The notes under the pieces: model-generated
Told to the model about the DNA's origin: nothing
What the model saw: the letters and a program-made list of their open reading frames with translations, nothing else
Database searches by the model: none
Part shown: positions 1-9,977 of the stretch, piece by piece
How the letters are laid out: each line of letters opens with the position of its first letter
Numbering within the stretch: position 1 is the stretch's first letter
Origin: Microgenomates group bacterium
GTDB lineage: Bacteria > Patescibacteriota > Microgenomatia > UBA10105 > UBA927
DNA length: 64,000 nt
Assembly (NCBI GenBank): GCA_049287205.1
Contig: JBAQFJ010000001.1
Span: 575,041-639,040 of the forward strand
Direction: 5' to 3'
Made by a program: the position numbers and the translations under genes

Positions 1-1594
1 AAATACCCACTAACTGATCAACGGAAATATCCTTATTTGTTTTAAATAATTCAACTAAATCTTTTTTATTCCAGTAGTATCCAAACCCCTTATTGCCAAT
101 TTCCTTGTATCCTTGATCAAAAAAATGCCATAGATAGCTTTCCTTAAAGAGTTCCTTCGGAATAACGGGATTAGACATGAACGTCAGGCTTAGCATATAT
201 CCTGTTCCTAATTGAAACGGTAACGGATTATTTGGGTAGAAAAAGTCTCTATCACCCTCAACATAGAATATTGGTTTGTTTGGAATCGTTGGATAAGACC
301 CTCGAATTGCTGACATTGCTATTTTGATACCACTTCCATAAAGAACATTCTGATTAATCTCTCTTTGCAACAGTGTTATTTGCTTATATAGAAAAACAGC
401 TAAAATTGAATAAACAACCATATATGCTATCACTCTGTTTTTCATTACTGTTTCAATCTTTATTCTCAGTGCTGTTAAGAAAAATCCAACCATCATGGCT
501 ACCGGAAAGAAAGAAAAATAGAGATATCGAGACTCCACATATGAAGTGTTTCTCTCATTCAGAAATACTGCCATCGGAACAAAACTTAGAATATACCAGC
601 AAAGAGAAAACAGCATGCCTTTCTGAAATGGCTTATGTTTTGCGTATATATATATCATGAAGATGATAAAACCAAAAGATAGAATAACGGATACCAGATC
701 ACCAACAAGTACACTGTTGATTGGATTATCCACAGCCACATTTTCCATAAACCCGTAGTTAAATTTTGAAAAAGCCGGCGCGATTCGTAACATAAAGCGC
801 AAAGGAACAAAAAACTGACCCAAAGAAACTAACGGATAAAACCCCATATTAAATAACGCCTTAGCAATCTTCAGCAGAGACTCACCGTTTTGAAGTTGAT
901 TCAAGGCAATGCCAAAAAACTGCAATATTTTATATCCACCAAGTATAAGTAAAGGGGTTAATATATATACATATTTTTTCCATTGAATACGTGGGGCTTT
1001 TACAGTTATAAAAGAGGGAAGCAATAAAAGTAATGGGAAAACAAAAAAACTGCTTTCTTTAAATAAAAATGCGATATAGGCAAATATCCACGCCACAATC
1101 TGCCACATTCTCTTTTTGTCTGTATAACCTTTCACTGATGCCAGTATTGATAAGAATACAAACGTCATACCGCCTAGGGTCTGCGTCGTCGCTGCAAACC
1201 AAGATATCGCCTGATTGGCTGTTGCGGGCACACTAAACACACAAGCCGTAATGAAGGCAATGTGATCATTTTTAGTTATCTTTTTTGCCACAAGGTATGC
1301 GAGATAACTATTTAATGTATGTATTACAAGTGTAAAAACAGCAAATGGAATTGCACTATCCTTAAAAAAATAGAAGGATATATTGTTTAGAATCCCACCC
1401 AAAAAACGTCCATTCCCCAACAAAATATCAAACAGGGTTTTACTGTGAGCATATCCAACCAAAATTCCATCTCCCTGTACCGCACCCAGTAGCAATAGCT
1501 CGTCGTTAAGAAAATATAGAGAAAAGACACGATAACAGGAAACACCCACAAGAAAAGCTAAAATAATGAATACTACCACATTAAGCTTTTTCAT
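1..1594 (-). CDS. 5'-complete, 3'-partial polytopic membrane protein with extracytoplasmic C-terminal region (runs off window start); not in ORF track
   Basis: Manual translation of the minus strand from ATG at 1592-1594 gives MKKLNVVVFIILAFLVGVSCYRVF... with no stop down to nt 1 (more than 530 codons). There are several hydrophobic helices, then a soluble region. The ATG overlaps the TGA of the 1591..2655 gene (ATGA junction). Confidence 0.6.
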   Translation of the reverse strand, partial: MKKLNVVVFIILAFLVGVSCYRVFSLYFLNDELLLLGAVQGDGILVGYAHSKTLFDILLGNGRFLGGILNNISFYFFKDSAIPFAVFTLVIHTLNSYLAYLVAKKITKNDHIAFITACVFSVPATANQAISWFAATTQTLGGMTFVFLSILASVKGYTDKKRMWQIVAWIFAYIAFLFKESSFFVFPLLLLLPSFITVKAPRIQWKKYVYILTPLLILGGYKILQFFGIALNQLQNGESLLKIAKALFNMGFYPLVSLGQFFVPLRFMLRIAPAFSKFNYGFMENVAVDNPINSVLVGDLVSVILSFGFIIFMIYIYAKHKPFQKGMLFSLCWYILSFVPMAVFLNERNTSYVESRYLYFSFFPVAMMVGFFLTALRIKIETVMKNRVIAYMVVYSILAVFLYKQITLLQREINQNVLYGSGIKIAMSAIRGSYPTIPNKPIFYVEGDRDFFYPNNPLPFQLGTGYMLSLTFMSNPVIPKELFKESYLWHFFDQGYKEIGNKGFGYYWNKKDLVELFKTNKDISVDQLVGI

Positions 1595-2655
1595 ATATAT
1601 CTAGATTTCTTTCTGTATGGTATCTCTTTCTCCTCATAGTCAAATGATCCCATTAAGAAAGATTGGTAATATCTATATGATGGGAAGCACATTATTTTGT
1701 TGATAAACTGATAATCGTTCGATACGCGTATTTTTTTCTGAATAGTTCCCCTCATTTTCAAAGTTCTTGATATATGATAAATATTCCACCATATCGCCCG
1801 ATGGATTGCCCACCAAATAGACATTTTTCCTTTTAATAACATAAACCACGCCATACAACATGATAAGAAGATATGGTACGGAACAATTTGCCATACCAAG
1901 CCGTTTCCTAAATTTTTACAATATGAATTTATTCTATTCTTAAATGAATGATATTGAATAAAAGCATTATTCATCGAGCTGCTTGTTGCACCCATTTTAT
2001 GGTACATAACGGATTTATACGCATATACGATTTTGTAACCTGCCAGCCATACCCGATGACACATATCCGTTTCTTCAAAATAGGCAAAGTATGAAGGATC
2101 AAGGATATTTCCTTCAACCTCCACTTTTTTCAAAACTGACATTTTAAACATCATACACGCACCCTTTGCTGTGTATAGATCAATTTGTTTATTATATTTC
2201 GGGGCATCTTTTGCGCCAAAACCATAATGATAGAGAAATCCAGTTGGAGTCAGAAACGCGCCGACGCTATCATGTGTATCAGGATGATCCATAAGAAGAA
2301 TCTTGCTTTGTGCACCGCCAATTGTCGGGCCGCTTTCAATGGCCGCCACAAGTTCAGTGAGAAAAGTTTTCGTAACCCGTGTATCATTATTCAAAAAAAG
2401 AACGTACTCGCCTTTTGCAACCTTGTACCCTACATTATTAGCATCAGAAAATCCTAAGTTTTCTTTATTGATGAGGATTTTTGTTTTCGGATAGTTCTGT
2501 TTCACCCAAGACACTGATTCGTCTTTTGAAGCGTTATCAACAAAGATGATTTCATAATTTTGATACTCTTGTCTGGCAAGACTTTCAAAACAATCAGATA
2601 GCCATCGAATACCGTTCCAATTGACGACAATAATAGAAATAAGTGCTTGCTTCAT
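1591..2655 (-). CDS. GT2 family glycosyltransferase (GT-A fold)
   Basis: N-terminal IIVVNWNG...FVDNASKDES and DxD-like LNNDT motifs typical of family 2 glycosyltransferases; 354 aa. Confidence 0.85.
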   Translation of the reverse strand: MKQALISIIVVNWNGIRWLSDCFESLARQEYQNYEIIFVDNASKDESVSWVKQNYPKTKILINKENLGFSDANNVGYKVAKGEYVLFLNNDTRVTKTFLTELVAAIESGPTIGGAQSKILLMDHPDTHDSVGAFLTPTGFLYHYGFGAKDAPKYNKQIDLYTAKGACMMFKMSVLKKVEVEGNILDPSYFAYFEETDMCHRVWLAGYKIVYAYKSVMYHKMGATSSSMNNAFIQYHSFKNRINSYCKNLGNGLVWQIVPYHIFLSCCMAWFMLLKGKMSIWWAIHRAIWWNIYHISRTLKMRGTIQKKIRVSNDYQFINKIMCFPSYRYYQSFLMGSFDYEEKEIPYRKKSRYI

Positions 2656-2663
2656 AACATTAT

Positions 2664-3509
2664 TTACATTCGAGAACTCACCATACCCGCTGCCAACGCA
2701 GTCATTTCCAGTGTCTTCATCACTAACATCCCCAATCCTACCATAGGACGTGCAAACAACACAGCGGGTTTTGAAAAATATAACCCATAGCGTGCGAATG
2801 GACTCCCTTGTTTCATTCCCAGAGTTACATTCTCCTGTTTTCTCAGATATTGAGCCATCTTTTTCCCGTAATAATATTTCTTCTTTAACGTCTTTCCAAG
2901 TGACAGCGCTCCTTCATTATGATGTATATATGAAGGTATTCTTCCAATTGCATCATCACCATACTTTGCTTTCACCCGTTGTGGAAGATCAAAATCCTCA
3001 GGACCTGTCAAATTTTCGTCATATCCGCCTACTGCGTTAAAACATTTCCTTCGATAAAATCTAGCCGCTTCTATCCAATCCACACCTTCATAAAACGAAC
3101 GCTCTAACGCTTTACACTTAGCCCAAAACCCTGAACCAATGGATTTTTCTGGTATGACCAGTGCTTCAATCGCTGCATTTTTTTGCATACAATTTACACA
3201 CTCATCGACCACCGGTGGAGTCAAAATCATATCCGCGTCCAAAAAAAGAAGGTATTCACTTTTGGCATTACGAGCCCCGAAGTTACGTTGTGCGGACCGC
3301 TCAGGGCCTTTATCATACACCAAAGCGCCATGCTGCTTTGCAAGCTGTTTTGTGTTGTCTGTTGATGCGTTATCAACAACTATCATCTCTATATCTTTAT
3401 ATTTCTGTTGTCGAATACTCTCCAGACAAGCCCCAAGATTTATTTCTTCGTTCCGAGTGGTGATTATTACAGAAACAGATTGGTTCATAAGATACGTATA
3501 TTGTAGCAA
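2664..3509 (-). CDS. GT2 family glycosyltransferase
   Basis: VSVIITTRNEEINLGACLESI...VVDNASTDNT and DADMIL motifs. Start may be the internal ATG at about 3488 (MNQSVSVII). Confidence 0.85.
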   Translation of the reverse strand: MLQYTYLMNQSVSVIITTRNEEINLGACLESIRQQKYKDIEMIVVDNASTDNTKQLAKQHGALVYDKGPERSAQRNFGARNAKSEYLLFLDADMILTPPVVDECVNCMQKNAAIEALVIPEKSIGSGFWAKCKALERSFYEGVDWIEAARFYRRKCFNAVGGYDENLTGPEDFDLPQRVKAKYGDDAIGRIPSYIHHNEGALSLGKTLKKKYYYGKKMAQYLRKQENVTLGMKQGSPFARYGLYFSKPAVLFARPMVGLGMLVMKTLEMTALAAGMVSSRM

Positions 3510-3562
3510 ACAAGCGTATATTCTTCTTGTAGAAGTTGTTTAAGGAACATATACTATCACTA

Positions 3563-4051
3563 ATGAAGTTAAAAATTATAATCATTCTCATACTATTAGG
3601 GCTTAATCCGCATACTGTTTTTGCTCAACGTTGTGCCCAAATTACGACAAAAGATAAAATACTGCTAAAGCTACACAGTCTTAAGGACGATATCTATCTT
3701 TTTTTACTAGCCGACGTAAATAAGCAAATCAAGTATCATCTGACAAAAGCAGACTCTCTTTATACGATTTCCTCAAACGCTGCGGATCCGTCTGTATCTT
3801 TTTCATTGTCTTTACAGGCTGAAAATCATATTACCCAGATACCGAAGTTGTTACAACATCTGCCTTCTACTCAATCGTTTGACATGAACGGATACGAAAA
3901 ACAGCAAGCCATCCATACATCAGTGATACGTCAAATGAAAAGTGAGTGTGAATGGAATATACTGTTGGGATTTATTGACAGCAATTACGAGACGATTAAA
4001 AAAATCTATGTGGTAAAGCTGCCGACGGATCAACAACGACTGCTGTATTAG
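3563..4051 (+). CDS. small secreted hypothetical protein (signal peptide)
   Basis: The ORF-track start at 3536 is TTG. ATG at 3563 gives MKLKIIIILILLGLNPHTVFA (signal-peptide-like), preceded by AAGGAA at 3542-3547. It is the only plus-strand gene in the first 27 kb. No recognisable domain. Confidence 0.5.
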   Translation: MKLKIIIILILLGLNPHTVFAQRCAQITTKDKILLKLHSLKDDIYLFLLADVNKQIKYHLTKADSLYTISSNAADPSVSFSLSLQAENHITQIPKLLQHLPSTQSFDMNGYEKQQAIHTSVIRQMKSECEWNILLGFIDSNYETIKKIYVVKLPTDQQRLLY

Positions 4052-6054
4052 TATTCAATAATTTTCACCGTTATATCTTCCCACTGACATGTACTTTTTT
4101 CTGGATTATATATACGTAAGTCCGTGATTCTTTCTCCGGTAAATAGATAGACATCACTCGCCCCTGGATAGAACGGCGTCTCATAATTAAAATATCCTGG
4201 TATTCCCCATGTGTTAAACCAAGTTCTCCCTCTGTCACCAGAGATATTCAGGATTGCGTTCTGTACGCGAAGTGCACATGCAGGATTATCGTAAGCAAAT
4301 TCAACTCTTTTAATAACGACAGTACTCGCAAAAGAAAATTGTATTGAATCGTCCACGTATTTTTTTTGATATGCAGACATATCCACTTCAGTTTCTACCG
4401 TCTGATCGACGTTTGTGTGTTGTTTGTCATTCTTCCAAATATAAAGCAACGGAACCCCATCCACCATAACGACATGTACAGGATCAAGAAAACGCAACGC
4501 ATACCGTATACGAAAATAATCGTTCACATTCATTCCTGGATATGCCAATTCCATAATATACTCACCCTGTTGTTCTGGAATTTTTGATTGATCACCCATA
4601 TAGTTGATGTCAGATCTCAAATAGGTATCAGGTATTGCAGATCGTATACCCATACCAAGAGATACAGTCGCGCCGGACTCAACATGATCATTAATCCAAC
4701 GTATACCCTGTTTATAGGCATTTCCATATGTGTTGTCCGAACCTTCTAAACCATACCTTATTGCTCCATTCAATCCTCCTATTAACCCGTTGAAGTACAC
4801 ATTTTCATTCGGATGAATCTGAATCATTTTAACAATCACAAATGAATAGGAAAAAAACACACAAACTATAAGTAAACGTTTGAAATAACGTTTAGTCAAA
4901 CTTCCATACAGAACTGATATTCCAACTCCAGATAGAAGTGTCAGCGGCGCCATATATTCCATAATCTGACGAAGACTTCCTCCATAAAGAACCATGATTG
5001 GAAGTGTCGCCCTTCCTAGGGTTACTAGCAACCACAGTATCCATAACAAAAAGACATTATTTTTTCTCGCCAGGTTACGCCAGCCAAACACCGCGCCAAA
5101 TATAAATAATAGTAGGGTTACCAGTGGCATAGTCATCACAAATAGTAACGGCGTCCTCCAATCTGAGCATTGTTGAACCCAATATATTGATAATGGAGGA
5201 AATATACACTCTCTGGAGGAACCCGATATACCTTGATAATATTTAATAACTTCTATAGTTTTTTGTAGTGGGCTCGACCAAAGAGCAGGGTATGTATAAA
5301 CAAATATGGCATATGTGACTATCGGTATTATTAGCAAAGATAGTATAATAATTTTTCTTAACTTTTTGTCTTCCCAAAATTTCAGCGAGATAAACCAAAA
5401 CACGATTGGAAATAGCGAGAAAATAATATTAAACTTTGTTCCGAGAGAAAGCCCAAAAAATACAGCGGAAATTATAACTGACCAAATCTTTTTATATTCA
5501 ACGGTGATCCAAAGAAAGAATAATGCACCGGTATAATAAGACAGAATGAGAGGATCCTTGATATTAAAATGTTGTTCTGCAAACAGGTGTGGTAACGTTC
5601 CAAACGCTAGTACGGTAAAAAATGACGCTACCGGTCCAAAAGTCAGGTACGACCAGACACCTAGCATGATCATAGTAAGAATAGTCATCAAAACGACAAA
5701 TAAATGATGACTCTCGATATCGCCGACAAGTCCAAATTTACCCCATACGATTCTATTGGTGGCCGCCATGAGAATGTCTGATACAGGCGGATGTCCGATG
5801 GTCATTTGCTGCGCCCACTCAAACGTTAACGGTGTTTTCTGGTAATAACTTAATCTTTCTTCACTACCTACCGGCGGCGGGTCAGTTTTTCCCTGTGTGA
5901 TATAGCGAAGATATATATGTCCTCTGGCAAGATGCTGAAATGAGTCCCAATTTACCCCGTAAGAGGGCAATGTTTTAATAGAAAAAAACGCAAAAACCAC
6001 GATCACAATACCCGTAGGAATCCATCGTAATTTCATATCTTTTGCATTCTGCAA
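4048..6054 (-). CDS. large polytopic membrane protein with about 250-aa C-terminal extracytoplasmic domain; putative GT-C type glycosyltransferase
   Basis: 668 aa. N-terminal half has many hydrophobic segments (GVNWDSFQHLARGHIYLRY...). The C-terminal third is hydrophilic and beta-rich. Family not recognised. Confidence 0.5.
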   Translation of the reverse strand: MQNAKDMKLRWIPTGIVIVVFAFFSIKTLPSYGVNWDSFQHLARGHIYLRYITQGKTDPPPVGSEERLSYYQKTPLTFEWAQQMTIGHPPVSDILMAATNRIVWGKFGLVGDIESHHLFVVLMTILTMIMLGVWSYLTFGPVASFFTVLAFGTLPHLFAEQHFNIKDPLILSYYTGALFFLWITVEYKKIWSVIISAVFFGLSLGTKFNIIFSLFPIVFWFISLKFWEDKKLRKIIILSLLIIPIVTYAIFVYTYPALWSSPLQKTIEVIKYYQGISGSSRECIFPPLSIYWVQQCSDWRTPLLFVMTMPLVTLLLFIFGAVFGWRNLARKNNVFLLWILWLLVTLGRATLPIMVLYGGSLRQIMEYMAPLTLLSGVGISVLYGSLTKRYFKRLLIVCVFFSYSFVIVKMIQIHPNENVYFNGLIGGLNGAIRYGLEGSDNTYGNAYKQGIRWINDHVESGATVSLGMGIRSAIPDTYLRSDINYMGDQSKIPEQQGEYIMELAYPGMNVNDYFRIRYALRFLDPVHVVMVDGVPLLYIWKNDKQHTNVDQTVETEVDMSAYQKKYVDDSIQFSFASTVVIKRVEFAYDNPACALRVQNAILNISGDRGRTWFNTWGIPGYFNYETPFYPGASDVYLFTGERITDLRIYNPEKSTCQWEDITVKIIEY

Positions 6055-6743
6055 AATATATTAGTAAATCCTGAAGACGTCTTATATTCCCTATCTAATT
6101 TCTTAGTTATAACATTTTCAAAAAACGGAGCTCTTTGAAATACCCATTTTGATATATATAAATCCAACAAGCTAATAATTTCCCACCATCCACCCATAAT
6201 TCGCAGGTCATGAATCTTAAATCTGGTCTTGGCTAATTTCCTGATACGATCACTTGAATAATGACGATGTCCAATTAACCAAAACGCGGGATCAAATAGT
6301 GTTCCAAAAAGAGATCTGTGCGGTGTTGAAAGGTAGCATATTCCATCTTTTTTTAACACCCGAGCGATCTCTGAAAACATTTTTTCTTCTGTACCTTTCG
6401 GTATATGTTCAATTACCTCCCAAGATACAACCGTATCAAAGGTGTTGTCTTTAAATGGCAAGTCTATCGCACTCCCCTTAAGGAAAACTATTTTCTTTTC
6501 GCGAATATATTTTTTCGCGGTACTAAGGTCATTTTCCGTCAACTCAGTCCCGACAATAGATGAGACCAAATTATTCTGCGCATACACTTCAAACCAGCCA
6601 TACCCACATCCGATATCTAAAATTTTTTTATTTTTTATATCCTGAAGATTAACGTATTCAGTAACAAACTTTACTCTTCCGTGAAGAGAATCATACGGAG
6701 TTTGATGGGTAATATTTTTCATATTATTGTTCGTTATAAACAA
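6033..6743 (-). CDS. class I SAM-dependent methyltransferase
   Basis: ILDIGCGYGWF (motif I, GxGxG), DTVVSWEVIEHI and KKDGICYLSTP motifs of Methyltransf_11-type MTases. Embedded between membrane GT-C genes. Confidence 0.8.
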   Translation of the reverse strand: MFITNNNMKNITHQTPYDSLHGRVKFVTEYVNLQDIKNKKILDIGCGYGWFEVYAQNNLVSSIVGTELTENDLSTAKKYIREKKIVFLKGSAIDLPFKDNTFDTVVSWEVIEHIPKGTEEKMFSEIARVLKKDGICYLSTPHRSLFGTLFDPAFWLIGHRHYSSDRIRKLAKTRFKIHDLRIMGGWWEIISLLDLYISKWVFQRAPFFENVITKKLDREYKTSSGFTNIFCRMQKI

Positions 6744-8061
6744 GTATTGTCCAGATGGTGAGAAGTACTATTGCTATACAAATTGCGATATTGATCAAAC
6801 GAAACACCTTTTTGTTTGCAAGTTTCGAGAAAATTCCAGGAAGTGCGCCAACTGCTACTGTTATAAGGTATATACGAAATACCGGATAGGAAAATCCGAG
6901 AACTCTTCCCCAACTACTTGCAAACATTGATAGTCCAATGACAACAAATGACAATGCTGTTACCAGATAGTTTTTGTTCAAATACTCTTTAAAAAATGCC
7001 GCGACAGCTATCGCTAAAAACGGATAGAACGGATACCTGTACCATCCGTGAAGCGGTTCACTTGGAATTGCAAAGACAAAGATTGCCATATAGGCAAGAA
7101 ACCCAAATAGGATAGGTAACTGTTTTTTGACATCCTTCACCAATAATAAAACTATCGCCGCCCATCCAAAATATATCCACCCATCAACCAGTGCCCTATC
7201 AGCGATGATCGGGTCACGAAAAAGTATAAACAGACTATCAAACGCCATATCATACCTTGCAAGCTGCAGTTTCCAAAGATTAGTAAACAACGTCGCATCT
7301 GTTGTGTACCCGTAAACAAGCCAAACGCCAAGTCCTGTGACCGTTGCTAGTACAACCCAAAATGCCGCTTTCCATTTTTTGGAAAACAAAAATATTCCGA
7401 TAACTGCAAGTGGTGCTGCAATCCACGGCATTTTTGCAAGAGGAAGCAGTCCGCAAAGAAGTGCCGTCAACCCTAAATTCAAGGTAATCAATTTTTTATT
7501 TTTGGCTGTTCTTTCGATATATTTGTATGCAAAATACAATGCGAAAAGAAACAAGGGTATAAAGAAATTTTCATTCTGCACAAGCCGTGAACCGATAACG
7601 ACGGTCGGAAGAATCGCATATATTCCCGAGGCAGCCAGTCCAACAACATTCCCATACACTGCACTTGTGAGTACAAACACGGCAACTATCGAAATCACAC
7701 CCATAATGAGTGCGAGCGGCCGTATTTTTGCGATCGTCACATCATCAAATGTTTGTACACCCTGCATCTTCGCAAACGCCCCTGCAACAATTCCAAACAG
7801 CGGGGGATGCTCTAGATAAGGACTCACAAGAGTGAAACGTGCTCCCTGTGGGTTAAAATATTCAATCTTGTTTACATACGCAGCATGCGGTGACCAAGAC
7901 ACGGGGGTACCGGAATTCAAGATGCTTATTCCCTGAAAAGTCCACGCAAACTCATCAAATGTTGCGCCTTCTCGTGGCCAAACGTTTACATTATAGGAAC
8001 GGAGCATCCCTCCAACGATAAGAATGATTAATAATACACTGTATGTTATCCAACGTCTCAT
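6724..8061 (-). CDS. polytopic membrane protein, ArnT/PMT-like (GT-C) with FDEFAW loop motif
   Basis: 445 aa, about 11 hydrophobic helices. N-terminal periplasmic loop carries FDEFAWTFQGISILNSG (Asp-Glu motif as in PMT_2/ArnT-like glycosyltransferases). Confidence 0.55.
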   Translation of the reverse strand: MRRWITYSVLLIILIVGGMLRSYNVNVWPREGATFDEFAWTFQGISILNSGTPVSWSPHAAYVNKIEYFNPQGARFTLVSPYLEHPPLFGIVAGAFAKMQGVQTFDDVTIAKIRPLALIMGVISIVAVFVLTSAVYGNVVGLAASGIYAILPTVVIGSRLVQNENFFIPLFLFALYFAYKYIERTAKNKKLITLNLGLTALLCGLLPLAKMPWIAAPLAVIGIFLFSKKWKAAFWVVLATVTGLGVWLVYGYTTDATLFTNLWKLQLARYDMAFDSLFILFRDPIIADRALVDGWIYFGWAAIVLLLVKDVKKQLPILFGFLAYMAIFVFAIPSEPLHGWYRYPFYPFLAIAVAAFFKEYLNKNYLVTALSFVVIGLSMFASSWGRVLGFSYPVFRIYLITVAVGALPGIFSKLANKKVFRLINIAICIAIVLLTIWTILVYNEQ

Positions 8062-8070
8062 AAAAAATAT

Positions 8071-9189
8071 TTATTCCCGCTTTTTTATTGCTTTTTGCAG
8101 TAATGCTAAGCTTTGTTTTGTAACATCATCCCATTTCAAACTCAAAACCCAAGTTTTCCCGTTCTTTTGGTACTCAGCATATCTTTTTGTGTCGCCATAC
8201 AAACGAACGGCTTCCTGTGCCATAATCTGGGGTGAATTATTTCGTATCACCACTCCAGTCTCTCCATCTTTTACCACATCTCGTAAGCCGTGCACGTTGT
8301 ACACCACGGCAGGAGTCAAAACCGAGGCTGCCTCAAGCACCACGAGTCCCCACCCCTCCTTCACTGAAGCATGAAGCAACATGTGAGCTTTTGTCAGACA
8401 TTCGTATTTTTTTTGCTCAGATACAAGCCCAAAAAATGTCACATGGTCATAAATTCCATATTCCTTCATCATTGTCTTCAATTCTTCTATATATGTCGTT
8501 TCCCCATCCCCTACGATCCACAGTTGTGCTTTAGATTGTTCTTTTAATATAAAAGAGAACGCTTTTACTACTTCCTCAATGCCTTTCATGCGAACCACTC
8601 GTGAGACGAAAATGTACGTAGGATTTATTTCCTTTTTATATAGTCCCACATTACTCCCTTGCGCTGTTATCGGGCATGGAATAGCAAAGCACTGACTCTT
8701 CGGAATGCCCCGCTCGATCAGTTCTTCAACTGTCGAAGGTGCATCAGTCCATACTAAACACCGTCTATAAACCAAAAAATACCATCGCTCTAACCATTTT
8801 CCGATGATATTTTTCGGAAAAGAGAACATGTAGTCCCAAATCTCGCCCGCAATCTCGTGGATGAACATCACGACAGGAGTTTTCGTAAACAAAGGAGAGA
8901 AAAACGGAAATCCGTGCACCTCATCGACAATCACATCAAATTTTCTTGCATGAAGAAAAAGGTATGCTACGGCATACGGGTAAATCGTTAATGACCCAGC
9001 CCTTCTGACAATATGCACTCCATCAATTATTTCTTCTTGTTTACCACCGTTATACCATCCGGTAAGCCAGGTAACAGAATGACCAGCCTTCACCCATCCC
9101 TTCGCATGTTCCATGGTAACAAGCTCTGCGCCACCTGATTTTGGATGACTTTTATCACGCCAATTTAACAGCAAAATATTCATAATCAA
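8071..9189 (-). CDS. GT4 family glycosyltransferase (GT-B fold)
   Basis: C-terminal EGWGLVVLEAASVLTPAVVYNVHGLRDVV (E-x7-E GT4 signature); N-terminal MIMNILLLNWRDKSHPKSGGAE. Confidence 0.85.
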   Translation of the reverse strand: MIMNILLLNWRDKSHPKSGGAELVTMEHAKGWVKAGHSVTWLTGWYNGGKQEEIIDGVHIVRRAGSLTIYPYAVAYLFLHARKFDVIVDEVHGFPFFSPLFTKTPVVMFIHEIAGEIWDYMFSFPKNIIGKWLERWYFLVYRRCLVWTDAPSTVEELIERGIPKSQCFAIPCPITAQGSNVGLYKKEINPTYIFVSRVVRMKGIEEVVKAFSFILKEQSKAQLWIVGDGETTYIEELKTMMKEYGIYDHVTFFGLVSEQKKYECLTKAHMLLHASVKEGWGLVVLEAASVLTPAVVYNVHGLRDVVKDGETGVVIRNNSPQIMAQEAVRLYGDTKRYAEYQKNGKTWVLSLKWDDVTKQSLALLQKAIKKRE

Positions 9190-9977
9190 CCTACATTAAC
9201 CCGAAAGTTTAATTCAGGATCGAAGCGCCATTTCCGTTTATTTGCATTGTCGTAATAATGACGAATCCGAAGGCGATAAAACACCGCCAACGTATCTTGC
9301 ATCATATTCCATACCGTCACCAATATTTTTTTTAGGGTAATTGAAGACGTCGCGACAGCAAAATTCAGTTCAACAGGTGCTTCATGGATTTTTGTGTATC
9401 CGAGGCGATTTGCAACTGCCAGTATCTCGATATCAAATGCAAATTGCTTAACAAGGAGTCGTGGTAGTACATCTTCAAGAAGCCTCCGTTTATACAATTT
9501 CATCCCCACTTGGGAATCTCTGACATGAATGCCGAATAACAAATGAATCACACGCTGATATCCCCATGAAAGAATACGGCGATAGGTAGGATATTCCACT
9601 TTCGAATCAGGATGCCTCTTGCTCCCAATAACAGCATCAGCGTCCTGGAAATCAAACTGTGCCAACATTGGAAGCAGGGCTTTTGCAGACAAATCGCCCC
9701 CTGCATCCATGAACCCTATGACATCCCCTGACGCATGGGCAAATCCAAACCGAACTGCATACCCTTTTCCATGATTGGTCGGGTATCCAACCAATTTCAC
9801 CCGCATATCTTTAATCTTTTTTACTTCCTGATCACTTTTATCAAAATATCCATCAAGCACGGGAACAATTTCAAAAGAAATATTTGCTGATTCGAGGACT
9901 TGCATAATCGTCTCGATGTCGTGCTTTATTGTTTTTTCCTGTTTATATACAGGAATGATAAGGCTAAATAATTTCAT
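9186..9977 (-). CDS. GT2 family glycosyltransferase
   Basis: FSLIIPVYKQEKTI...VPVLDGYFD, FMDAGGD motifs; 263 aa; 4-nt overlaps with both neighbours. Confidence 0.8.
   Translation of the reverse strand: MKLFSLIIPVYKQEKTIKHDIETIMQVLESANISFEIVPVLDGYFDKSDQEVKKIKDMRVKLVGYPTNHGKGYAVRFGFAHASGDVIGFMDAGGDLSAKALLPMLAQFDFQDADAVIGSKRHPDSKVEYPTYRRILSWGYQRVIHLLFGIHVRDSQVGMKLYKRRLLEDVLPRLLVKQFAFDIEILAVANRLGYTKIHEAPVELNFAVATSSITLKKILVTVWNMMQDTLAVFYRLRIRHYYDNANKRKWRFDPELNFRVNVG

Noticed and set aside
3536-3562. ORF-track start codon of the small secreted protein
   Set aside because: Codon at 3536-3538 is TTG. The downstream ATG at 3563 has an AAGGAA RBS and yields a clean signal peptide. The TTG-extended N-terminus was rejected.
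7337-7819. 160-aa plus-strand ORF. Three similar ORFs at 33856..34353, 37892..38413 and 59284..59760 were rejected for the same reason.
   Set aside because: All are antisense to long, well-supported minus-strand genes. They are Ala/Ser/Thr-rich and reflect the reverse-complement of hydrophobic codons. They have no start context.
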